A program made the position numbers and the translations under genes. From NCBI GenBank assembly GCA_964270895.1, contig OZ185440.1: 64,000 nucleotides of DNA; one strand, 5' to 3'. The stretch is from Podarcis filfolensis (lineage: Eukaryota). This document shows, one piece after another, positions 25,475 to 36,086 of the stretch. How positions within the stretch are numbered: position 1 is the stretch's first letter; each line of letters begins with the position of its first letter. The notes below the pieces were generated by a model that searched no databases, was not told the origin of the DNA, and saw only the letters and a program-made list of their open reading frames with translations.

Positions 25475-26818
25475 AGTTGCGGCTCTGGTTGCCCTAACAG
25501 ATGATCTCCACAGGCAGCTGGACCGAGGCGGGTCGGGGCTGCTGATTCTTTTAGACCTGTCAGCAGCCTTCGACATGGTCGATCACAAACTCCTGGACCA
25601 CCGCCTCACCAGTGTGGGGATCCAGGGCGCAGTCCTTCAATTGCTGCGCTCGTTTCTCTCTGGTCTGGGACAGAGGGTGGCGCTTGGGGGGGGGAACTGT
25701 TGTCACGCCCTCCTTGGTGTGTGGAGTGCCGCAGGGTGCTATACTCTCCCCGATGCTTTTCAACATCTTTATGCGCCCCCTCACCCAGCTTGTCCAGAGT
25801 TTTGCGTTGGGCTGCCATCAGTATGCTGATGACACCCAACTATCTGTTTATGGACAGCCATCCTGACTCGGCCCCAGACACACTGACCAGATGTTTGGAA
25901 GCTGTGGCTGGATGGTTATGTGGGAGCCAGTTGAAGTTAAATCCTTTGAAGACAGAGGTCCTTTGGCTGGGTCGGGATGATATGGGATTGGGGGGGCAAC
26001 TCCCATCTCTTGCAGGGGTGCAATTAGTGCCAGCACCGTCCGTTAAGAGTTTGGGTGTAATCTTCGACACTTCGCTTTCCATGGAGGCGCAGATTGCAGC
26101 TATAACAAAGGTGGCATTTTTTCATCTCTGCCAAGCTAAGCAGTTGGCTCCTTACCTCTCTCGCCCTGACCTAGCCACTGTGATCCACGCAACAGTCACC
26201 TCCAGACTGGATTATTGTAACTCGCTCTACGTGGGGCTGCTCTTGAGACTGACCCAGAAACTCCAGCAGGTGCAGAATGCCGCAGCGAGACTCCTTACGC
26301 GATCCTCGCTGCGGGATCATATTCACCCAGTGCTATACCAGCTGCACTGGCTCCCAGTGGAGTACAGGATCAGGTTTAAGGTGCTGGTTTTAACCTTTAA
26401 AGCCCTATGTGGCCTAGGACCCTCGTACCTACAGGACCGCCTCTCCTTGTATGTCCCACGGAGACCCTTACGGTCTTCAAACAAAAACATCTTGGAGGTC
26501 CTGGGCCACAGGGAGGTTAGGCTGGCCTCAACCAGAGCCAGGGCTTTTCCGGCTGTGGCTCTAATTTGGTGGAACGCTCTGTCAGAAGAGACTAGGGCCC
26601 TGCGGGCCTGCAAGATGGAGCTGTTCCACCAGACTTTTGGCCAGGGCACAGCCTGACCCCATCCTTTGGCAATCCTCACAGAACTCTAGCCCAATGGTTG
26701 CCATTAATTTGATTTGAACTGATTTTATAATGAAATGATTTTAGAATGTTGTGTTATTTTATTGTTGTTAGCCGCTCTGAGCCTGGCTTCGGCTGGGGAG
26801 GGCGGGATATAAATGGAA

Positions 26819-26868
<50 letters not shown>
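25475..26868 (+). mobile_element. 5'-truncated L2 LINE (RT and C-terminus, frameshifted)
   Basis: LLILLDLSAAFDMVDH, GVPQGAILSPMLFNIFM, QYADDTQL, LNPLKTEVL, SRLDYCNSL, LHWLPVEYRIRFK motifs across frames; (TTA)n tail at 26819-26867. Confidence 0.92.
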
Positions 26869-26871
<3 letters not shown>

Positions 26872-27814
26872 GATCGGACCTAGCCTGGGAAGGAAGGTGG
26901 AGCAAGCGAAGTTTAGTTATCCTAATGTCTGCTTCCAAGCCAAAACTCATAAAATCATGGAATGGCTGGGGAAATAGAGGTGGCAAAGGGCACAGGAGAT
27001 AGAGCAGAAAGAGAACTTTTATGCTCCTCAAGAGGGGAAGCTCTCATTCTAATGACACAAAATCCCCGCATCAGGGATGCAGCAGTAATTTATGGAGAAG
27101 CAGAGAATGGTCAGCTTTGACACCCACGAACAGGAGATGTCAGCTCGACATCTGTTCCTGACACTTCAACAACTAATTATTTCTCCACACGCTGCGGTCA
27201 GGTTGCCGGAAAAGCCCTGGGGTGGTCTCGGCCCTGTCAATAAATCCACATTGGACTAGCTAAAACAAAAATAATAAAAGGCTTCACGACTGACATCAAA
27301 CAATCAATTGAACTTTGTGAAGGTCACCCAGAGCCAGAAGGAAGGAGAGGGAAGAGGAAGGGAGGGGAAGGGAAGGGAAGGAGTTTGGGGGAGACTCGTA
27401 TGCAAAGGAAAATACAGAGCCAAAATGAGCACTGCCAAATTGGAGCCTCCTAAGAGATGTGACCCCCAGAAAGATCACAAGCTTGATTTGTGAGGCGAGA
27501 GAGAAAGGAAATAATTAAATTCATTATCATATAAAATGCCACTGAAATGGGGAAGCTGCAAAGATTAAAACCACCCACCTTTTTATCCCCAGCTACTAAA
27601 AGCTCAGTGCTCATGGTCACACCCTCTTTACACATATGGGACATGGTGTAACCAAAAATAAGCCCTTTTGACCCAGTTAGATCTCACAGGGGAAATAGAA
27701 GTTAGCGCTTAAACCAATGGGACTCATAAGGGCTTAACTTTGACTGTGCCCTACGTACACTGCATGTGTGAAGGGAACACATGAGTGTTTGCAAACATGT
27801 ATATCATGTAAGTA

Positions 27815-28266
27815 CCATATTTTTCGCCCTATAGGACGCACTTTTTCCCCTCCAAAAATGAAGGGGAGATGTGTGTGCGTCCTATGGGGCGAATGCAGGC
27901 TTTTGCTGAAGCCTGGAGAGCGAGAGGGGTCGATGCACACCGATGCTCTCCAGGCTTCAGGAAGCTATCCGCAAGCCTTGCAAGCCTGCAGCCCACAAGC
28001 TCGGGGGACAGTGCGCCTTCCCGCTGTTCCCCGACCTGGTTTGGAGGCTGGCGCTGGGGAGAAGTGCGCTTCTCCCCAGCGCCAGCCCCACAAGCTCGGT
28101 GGACAGCGGGGAGGCGGAGCGCTGCCATCCCGCTGTTCCCCGACCTGGTTTGGATTCCCTGACCTGGTTTTGGGGGGGAAATAAAGGGGGGGAATTCCTT
28201 TATTTCCCCCCCAAAAAACTAGGTGCGTCCTATGGGCTGGTGCGCCCTATGGGACGAAAAATACGG
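27815..28266. mobile_element. Tc1/mariner-type MITE
   Basis: TIRs CCATATTTTTCGCCCTATAGGACGCAC ... GTGCGCCCTATGGGACGAAAAATACGG with TA on both sides; internal direct repeat CCCACAAGCTCGG...CCCGCTGTTCCCCGACCTGGTTT x2. Confidence 0.88.
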
Positions 28267-28555
28267 TACTTGCCAGGAAGGAAGCCTTGATTGGCAGAGT
28301 TGCTAGCAGACTCAAGTTTGCCTGCAGTGGCTGCTGAAGTAGCTTCTCTGACTGGAGTTAACCTCAGTGCATATGTGATGGTTGTGTGAGGAAGGCCTGA
28401 GTTCAAATACTGCCAGAGTCAGATTTCCCTACCTGGTGCCCTCCAGATGTTTTGGATTACAACTCCCAGCAACCTTAGCCAGCCTTGTCATGAACGCAGA
28501 GCAAGGTGCATTCGTTTTCTACTTCTTATATGTGGGAAACGGAATTCCTCAGCTG

Positions 28556-29191
28556 TAGACTTGTCATACATCTGGAATATAACCAGAGGAAATAGTGTTT
28601 GGGGGGAATTTTGGAAAACCAGCAAAATGTCCGGGATTTTGAGGTTGATTGCTTTAAAAAAGTTCTGTCAGGGAACTGCCATCAGCTCAGAGGTGGGAGG
28701 TGGAAGGGCAGTTGGGTTACAGGGAGCCGCCAAAGATCATGAGAAGCAGTTCGTCCTCCGGGGAGGAGCGAAGCCATGCCTCCAAGTGGGGAAGGGATGC
28801 AGGGCTCGGAAGATGCAAGGGAGAGCCGCAACATCGAACCTGAGCAAAGTGGGGGGAAGCAAGTTCCCCTTTGCCCATGTCCTCTCTGCACAGAAGGCTT
28901 ACGCGCAGAGAGGGGAGGCGTAGGATGGGGGTCAAAAAACTGCTCTGCTGGGGAAAATTTAAGGACCGCCCACTCCCAGATTCTGCTAGCGACTGAGCAG
29001 ACATGGAATTGAGTCGATCTGCATTGTGAACGTTTTGGACAGATAATAAAGCCTTGAAAAGACCAACGGGGAGTCTTGCCTGATTGCTCTCGAGCAGCCA
29101 CACCAGTACACACAACAAGTTCCCAACTTTGTTTTTCCCAAAAAAACCCTTTTGTGTTGTGGATTTTACTTCTAGAAATATGGCAACCCTA
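28556..29191. mobile_element. Degenerate hAT-like MITE interrupted by a solo LTR
   Basis: Ends TAGACTTGTCATA ... TATGGCAACCCTA resemble a TAGGGTTGCCA-type TIR. Confidence 0.45.
28666..29117 (+). mobile_element. Solo LTR (Gypsy/ERV-type)
   Basis: TG...CA termini (TGTCAGGG ... CACAACA), perfect 5-bp TSD AGTTC (28661-28665, 29118-29122), AATAAA at ~29045. Confidence 0.85.
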
Positions 29192-30367
29192 CTCACCTGC
29201 AGTTTTATGTGACACACCTCCTGCTTGGGTCTAGATCAAGCCAAAGACAAGCCATAAGAGAAGGATATAAGCTGCTGGGAATCCCAAGGGGGGAAAGTGC
29301 TGTCATACTCAGGTTCCGCTTGGGGACATCCCATTGTCATCTGATTGGTCACTGTGAAAAAGGATGCTGGACTAGATGGGCCGTGGCTTGATCCAGGAAC
29401 GCTCTTCTTGTTTTCTTGCTTTTGCTTTTACTGCCCTGTTTTCTAATCTTCTCTCAGCTGTGACCAGCAACGTAGACTAAAAGAAATTCTTCCAAAATCA
29501 AACAGCTACAAAATGTCTAATCCATATTCATTATGCAGATTCATGCAAACAGAACCATTTTACATAGATTTTATTTTCCAGTAACAGATTTTGAGGGGAC
29601 GGGGAGAACAACACATACCGGTAATTTCAAATTCCCAGGGAACTCAGTAGGTGAAGCACAGTTCAGCAAATCTTTTTTGTATTTCTACAATCTAAGCCTT
29701 GTTGAAGGTCTAAATGCATTTCCCCCCTACGAGATCAACCATAACTCATATGAGATTACAGCCTTCTCATAAACTCTTTCACTTCTCATGTCACCAAAAA
29801 CATTACAGGGAGTCTAATAATCATAGTATGTTAAGGGGTGATTGATTGATTGATTGATTGATTGATGGGTGGGTGGTGTCATGAAAGTGGCTGAACAATG
29901 CTGATGTTGCAAAAGAGAGTAACAAAACAATCTCCCACATGTCTACTTAAATGCCATTGTGTTCAGTGGGGCTCAGTCACAAGTATGCATAGAAATGCAG
30001 CCTGAGCCCTTCTGTTGCCATTTGTTAGGCAACTCTGATGTCAGAGACAGACCCAACAGTGGAGGGGAGCTTAGGAAAAAGGAGTCCGGAGTGAAGGGAG
30101 GGGAGCTAGAAGCAGGAGCCTGAGGAATGATAGGCAGAAGAGCTGGAGATGGTCATTTGAGAACAAGGAGGCAAAGGACCATTTGAAGGATGGATGGATG
30201 GATGGATCTGAGGGAGTCTAGAAAAGGTGCAGGCAGAAGACCCTGAGAATTAGGGTATTTAGAAAAGAAAGAATGTGAGAGGGAAAAACAGGAAGAGAGT
30301 GCAAGTAGGACCAGAAACAAGAAGAGGGAAGTCTGCGGAAGAGTCTGAGGGGCAACAGAGGAAGGCC

Positions 30368-30551
30368 TAGAGCTTTCCAAACTTTTCATGTTGGTGACAC
30401 ACTTTTTAGACATGCATCATTTTGTGACACAGTACTTAAGTTTTACTATCAAACTGGGGGTTAAACTAATCCCTTTCGAGCCCAGGAAGGAGCGTTCAGA
30501 GTGTTCTCACGATGCACTAACATGTCACAACACACAGTTTGGAAAGCTCTG
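30368..30551. mobile_element. hAT (Charlie-like) MITE
   Basis: TIRs TAGAGCTTTCCAAACT ... AGTTTGGAAAGCTCTG; GCCTAGAG-type target sequence at both ends. Confidence 0.75.
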
Positions 30552-32084
30552 GCCTAGAGGCTAGGAAATAAGGTTCAAGGGATCAGCCTGACGTCTCCTC
30601 AGAGGAGGTGCAAGGAGAGCCGGATTCTCCAGCAGATCTCCACACCTCAAGGAGCCATCAAAGCTAGAGATCTCTACACTTGTTATCTTGGTTCCTGGCC
30701 AGCTCTCAGACAGATAGGGGGACACACACCTCATCTTCCCCAGGGCCACAAGAGCAGAGGAGATGATGAACCTGGCAGGACCTTCAAAGCTGGCTAGCTG
30801 TACATTAGGTTACTCAGGAGGAGGAAGTTAATCAAAGCACCTGCTCCGATCAAGACCTGCCTGTCCCAGGATGGGGCAGAGCCACTAGCTCCTATATAAT
30901 TCACTGCTCAAGCTTCCTCCTAGGCAGGGGAGGCCTCTCTCATGGGCAAAGTGGGGCACAGTCCCACCAAGATTCTGAGACCTCCAAAGGCATGATGATC
31001 CAGTCTTTCTTCTGTCATCCACAATATTATCAACAGGTTTCTAATGACTGAGTGGCTTCTGACCATCTTCTCTGCTTAGCCAGTTATAAAAGTCTCTAGC
31101 AGTTGATCCCACAAGTTGCTCTCTCCTCTGTGTAAGTAATACTGAGAAACAAAGAAACAAAAAGATACAAGGCAATCTCTGAGAAAAAGAGTAAACGGCT
31201 AGAGTTGAGTGGTAATAAATTTTCTGTTCTGTGACTAAGTTCCTATTCGTTTCAATGGTGCTTGTGCAGGAGATAATCCTGGCAGACCATTGTGTCCCAT
31301 GCTTTTAATCGCTTGGCACTCCATTGCTACAGACACCACATTGACATGCTGAGATTAACCCACACTTCCAAACTACAAAATGACAAAAACTCTGCTTTGT
31401 GAAGTTTCTGAGAAATGGCTTCATAAAAACGATGGCTGAAAGGATCAGGTTCAGACTTCAGTCAAACTCCCCACAGAGCCATCAGTATTCAGCAGGGTGT
31501 GATAAATTCATTTCCAAAAGTACCAGCATACCCTTTTAGCGCTGCTATTATCAAGTGCAATTCATTGAAATGTTACAGCATTATTAAAGGGCATATTAGA
31601 GCAATTAAAACCTACAGTCAGATCCAGAATCCAATACTGAGAAATGAAAATTTGACAGCCCTGGGTGGCTGAAGTGATGAATGCTCTCTCCAGGCATAAG
31701 GACACAATTGCATTATAGATCAGGCAAGGATTGATAAAAGGGGAGGAGTTAGAAGAATATAAGAAACGGCTTCATCCACCCCAGTATTGTCAAATGTAAT
31801 TGGCAGCAGGATTTGTATAGCATGTTCAAGTGGTCAGAGCATTTCTTGCTCATTATCTTAGAAATCCTTCTAAGAACCCTTTAAGGTGCGGTAGCCAACG
31901 TCGTGCCCTCTGGGTCCAGTGGACTGCAATTCCCATCAGCCAATGGCTCGTGAGTGTTGTAGTCCAAAACTTATGGAAGGCACCATGTTGACTACCCTAC
32001 TTAACGATCGGCCACACTGTGCATTTGTACCATATTGCACTCGGTTGGCTTGCTTAGAGCCATCTAGTCTCTTCATGACAGTGG

Positions 32085-32408
32085 GAAGATATGGCTCTGG
32101 CCTGGTGGAACGCTCTGCCTCATGAGACCAGGGCCCTGCAGGATCTGATTTCTTTCCGCAGGGCCTGTAAGACAGAGTTGTTCCGCCTGGCCTTTGGCTT
32201 GGAGCCAATTTGATTCCCTCCCTCTCTTTCTTTTTTCTTTTCCTTCTCCTCCTGCGATGAGGCTACATTTTAATATTTTAATGTTTCAATATTTTAATGT
32301 TGTATTTTAATTTTGTTTTTAAGTTGTAATCATTCAACTTGCTTTTATTGTTGCTTGTAAGCCGCTCTGAGCCCGGCCTTGGCTGGGGAGGGTGGGGTAT
32401 AAATAAAA

Positions 32409-32447
<39 letters not shown>
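32085..32447 (+). mobile_element. L2 3' end (same family as 25475-26868)
   Basis: TGGTGGAACGCTCTG...GCCGCTCTGAGCC...GGCTGGGGAGGG...(TTA)n, matching the 3' end of the longer copy. Confidence 0.85.
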
Positions 32448-32451
<4 letters not shown>

Positions 32452-32712
32452 GAACCAGGAGGTAAACTGAGATGACAGGGATTGAATGCGAAAGTGCTTA
32501 CATTGGCCTTCACAAACCCGGTGCCTCCAGATATTTTGGACTACAACACCCATTGGCCCCAGGCAGCCCATTGGCCAGAGATTAAGGGAGCTGTATTCCA
32601 GCAAGTTCTGGAGGGCTACACATTCCCCAGCCATGGTCTACATGCAAGCTATGCGTTCTGTCGCTAATCCAAGGACTCTCATGATCTGTGATTCAGGCTC
32701 TTTTCTCTAGAG

Positions 32713-32818
32713 CAGGGATGTGACCCACCAGATGTCACTGGACTACAATTCCCATAATCCCATGGGCTTGGAGTTGGAGTCCAACAACCTCTGGGAGACC
32801 AGAGATGCTCCATCCCTG
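32713..32818. mobile_element. hAT-derived MITE of the ACTACAA(C/T)TCCCA family
   Basis: TIR CAGGGATG ... CATCCCTG; 8-bp TSD CTCTAGAG/ATCTAGAG. Related fragments at ~70-185, 28435-28490, 31890-31990, 32500-32635, 39300-39410, 47260-47370. Confidence 0.75.
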
Positions 32819-34974
32819 ATCTAGAGGAGAGCAGAGGGTGTGCTTTGGGTAGACTCAGGGACCAGCTGTTGTCAAAACCTTAAAATAAAGGTTTCTTCTC
32901 CTTAGTGGGCAGAGGGAATCAGGCAGGAGTTACTCCTTTATTTACATGGCTGCAAGCATAGGGGATCCCTGTGTAGTCAGTACCGACCACATACAGCTGT
33001 TTGCATGTTCCAAGAAGAAAGAGTGAATGCTTGCATTTTTTTATCTATTTAACAAAAATTAAATACGGTACTGCTTGATTGTGAGAAAACCTCTAACCAG
33101 TTTACAAAAATTATAAAACAAACATAGATGGTGGAATTTAATGTCTTCCTCGTTCAGTTGTTATATCTTCCCAAGCATTCCAGTTAGAGTGATGCCCTTC
33201 CTCCCTTTGTGGGTTCACCCTACCCTTCACCCAAAGTGATTTTGGGGTGCACGGGTGGAGGAGGAGAAGGCAAAATCCTCATTGTGCGAGCAGAAGCCCT
33301 TACGCAAGGCTTCTGCTGATGGAGCTGGTTAGGTGAATCCTGCTTCCTGAGAAAACACACTTTAAAACGGGCATTAAAAAACATTCAAAAGATTATTTAA
33401 CCCCACAGTTGCGAAAAAGATGAAACACATGTAACCTCTACATGTCTGGATAGGTTTGTAATAATTATTGGGCTCTTCTCTTGCTTCCAACTTTTTCATC
33501 CCAGTTATTGAATATCATTTTGTAGATGGCATTAAGAAAATCGGAGACAGAAGTTGGTCTCTTCGGGCTAACTGATCCTGTAACACACACCCCTAGGGTG
33601 TTTATGGAGACTTTTAATAAACAAGAAAACAGCAGTGAGCTTAAAAACCCCTCTGGGATGCTTTAGGATGCTGCTAATGTGTAGACATACAGTGTCCCAG
33701 CTCTCTCCCCCCCCCAACCGCTTTAGTGTGGCTTTCTCCTTATGAGGATCTGTGAGGCAAGGCCAGTCGTCATGCCAAATATTTTCCCAGCGCTGAAACA
33801 GCAGAGATGGGACGGAAAGCGAGTGTTGTTGGACAAAGAGTCCCTGCATAAGGTTTAGTGGTGGCAGGAGCTCATGAATCAGCCAATGGGGAGATCGGTT
33901 GCCTCCTTTATTCACACTGAAACCCTTATAGCTTCCCTGGAACTGCTGGACTAGACACACCTGTAAGTCTGATTCAGCAGGGCTGTTCTTATGTTCTTTG
34001 CATAAGTTGTAAGCTTAGAAAAAGAAGAAGTCTGGGATTTGTGCAGCTGCAGGTCTCTGGTTGGTTAGTCCAGCACAGGGGTGCTGATTTTATATTTTGA
34101 AGACTCTTATCATTTCTGAAGTAATTCCTACATTAGAATTGTTTTTATGTATATGAAATAGGTAGTAGAGTTGATTGGAGGTTAAATAGACACACACATA
34201 CACACAGAGTGAAAGTGCATTTAATTTTAAATCTTACAGTCACATTTTAATCTTATTTAGAAAATGTATTCATTTTTCTAGTGAGCCATGGCTGATGAAA
34301 AATGACGATCTGCAGCTCAGTACCACAGATGAAAAGCAGAAAGGGCTAAGCAGGAAGGAAAGCAAGTGGAGTTCTTCCTGAAAAACCTTTCTACACAGAA
34401 AGCAACCAAAGAACAAGAATATGACTGTATTCTTGTTGAAACTAGCACTGAGGAAGCTGAATGTTGGTGCTCCTATTACAAATGATATAAACCTTAAGAT
34501 ATATGTTTCATAAATTGGAGGTATTTCTGGAAAGCACACAAAGGAAAAAGAGGATGTCTAGAAAAATGAGAGTACTGCTAAGTCTGCAAAAGAAGACGGC
34601 CTTGTGCCTGATTTGAATTACAGGGACCCTGCTAACTGGCCTAACAATTGCAGTGATAATTTGCAACAGCATATAATGCAACATGGACCACAGCAGGTGG
34701 TACCACATGATTTCCCCAAAGGCTATTAAAAACAGAAGTTTTTCTCCAATGTGCTACAAGAAGAGACTAGCAAACGATGGAGTGTGCCATCAATGGTTGA
34801 TATATTCAGCCTCAAAATATGTGTATTTTTGTTTTTGCTGTAAGTTGTTCAGCAAGGGGGGGGGGAGTGCATCAACCCTACAAGATACAGGTTCAAAAGA
34901 CTGGGAGAACCATGAAGGAATTCTGTCTTCACATGAGAGGAATACTGACCAACTATTAGATTTGGAGAGAACTT

Positions 34975-35470
34975 TTTAAAAAAATAAATAAATAAATTTT
35001 TGTTGAATTATTATGCAGATACAAATGAAACAAAGTATACAAACATTTCAACTGAATACAAAAAAGAAATCAACAAAAAAAGAAAACAGAGCAAACGCAA
35101 AAAGTAAGAACATAATACAAGGTAACTGTAATAGACATCCCAGAATGTCATTTCTCTACCAAGATGCTGACCCATCTGGGGTGGATCTCTTTTTATTATA
35201 CTTTTGGTTTTTTGACTTCCATCGACCTCACGGTGGTTTATTTCCTGTAACTAAAACAATTTCTCTGTATTTCAATATATTCCTCATCTTGGTATAAGGA
35301 GACATTTTTCCACTTACGAGTTAATTCTAAACACAACCAAATCTTGGTTGTTGAACCTTGACTCGATAGCTAGGTATTCAGGCATTCCCATTCCCTCTGG
35401 ACTATTTTATTTGACTTGTCCCTTAAGGCTTCAGTCAACTTAGTGGGTTCCAAGTGCTCGCTCAGCTTTT
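34975..35470 (-). mobile_element. L1-like 3' UTR fragment inserted in the hAT transposase
   Basis: 13-bp TSD TTGGAGAGAACTT (34962-34974, 35480-35492); A-rich sequence and a TTTGACTTCC motif like the L1 3' UTR at ~24660. Confidence 0.7.
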
Positions 35471-36086
35471 GTAGAGAACTTGGAGAGAACTTGAATTGCA
35501 CTTATTTAAAGGAAAAACAATTGATGGTATTACCCAGCAGAAAGATAGGCAAGAAGAACAATATTGGTGAGAGATCTTGGAATGCTTGATTGCTTTGGCC
35601 AGAGTTCTTGACATGCAAAACTTAGCATTCCGTGGTCCAGCTGAAAAGTTGTACAGTACTAGCAATATATTTTTTGAAGTTTGTCGACTATCTAGCCCTT
35701 TTTTATCCTGTCATGAATGAACATTTGTACAGTTAAAGATCAAGAAACAATAGTTCACTACCTAGGATGCATAATTGAAACAAAGAGATTAACGCTGAAG
35801 ATCTGTGCTGTGAATTTAATAGCAAAGTGCATGCCTCCACTACTTCTTCTCATACTGCAACAAAAACTCCTGGATTGCGTGCCTAATGTTTCTGTTGCGC
35901 TAAGGATTCTTCTCACACTTGCAGGGTCAGTGGCAAGTTTCTCAAGGCTCAAACTTATAAAAGCTTATATCGTACACTCAACAATATTGCAAAACAGATT
36001 AGTTGGCTTGGCAACTGTCTCAATTGAAGATGCCGAGGCAGCAGCACTTCACCTGAAGGAATTGGTGACAAAATTTGCAAAGGAAA

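Noticed and set aside
27991-28151. Direct repeats that might suggest a CRISPR-like or tandem array
   Set aside because: Only two imperfect copies inside a TA-flanked MITE in a vertebrate genome; internal MITE duplication.
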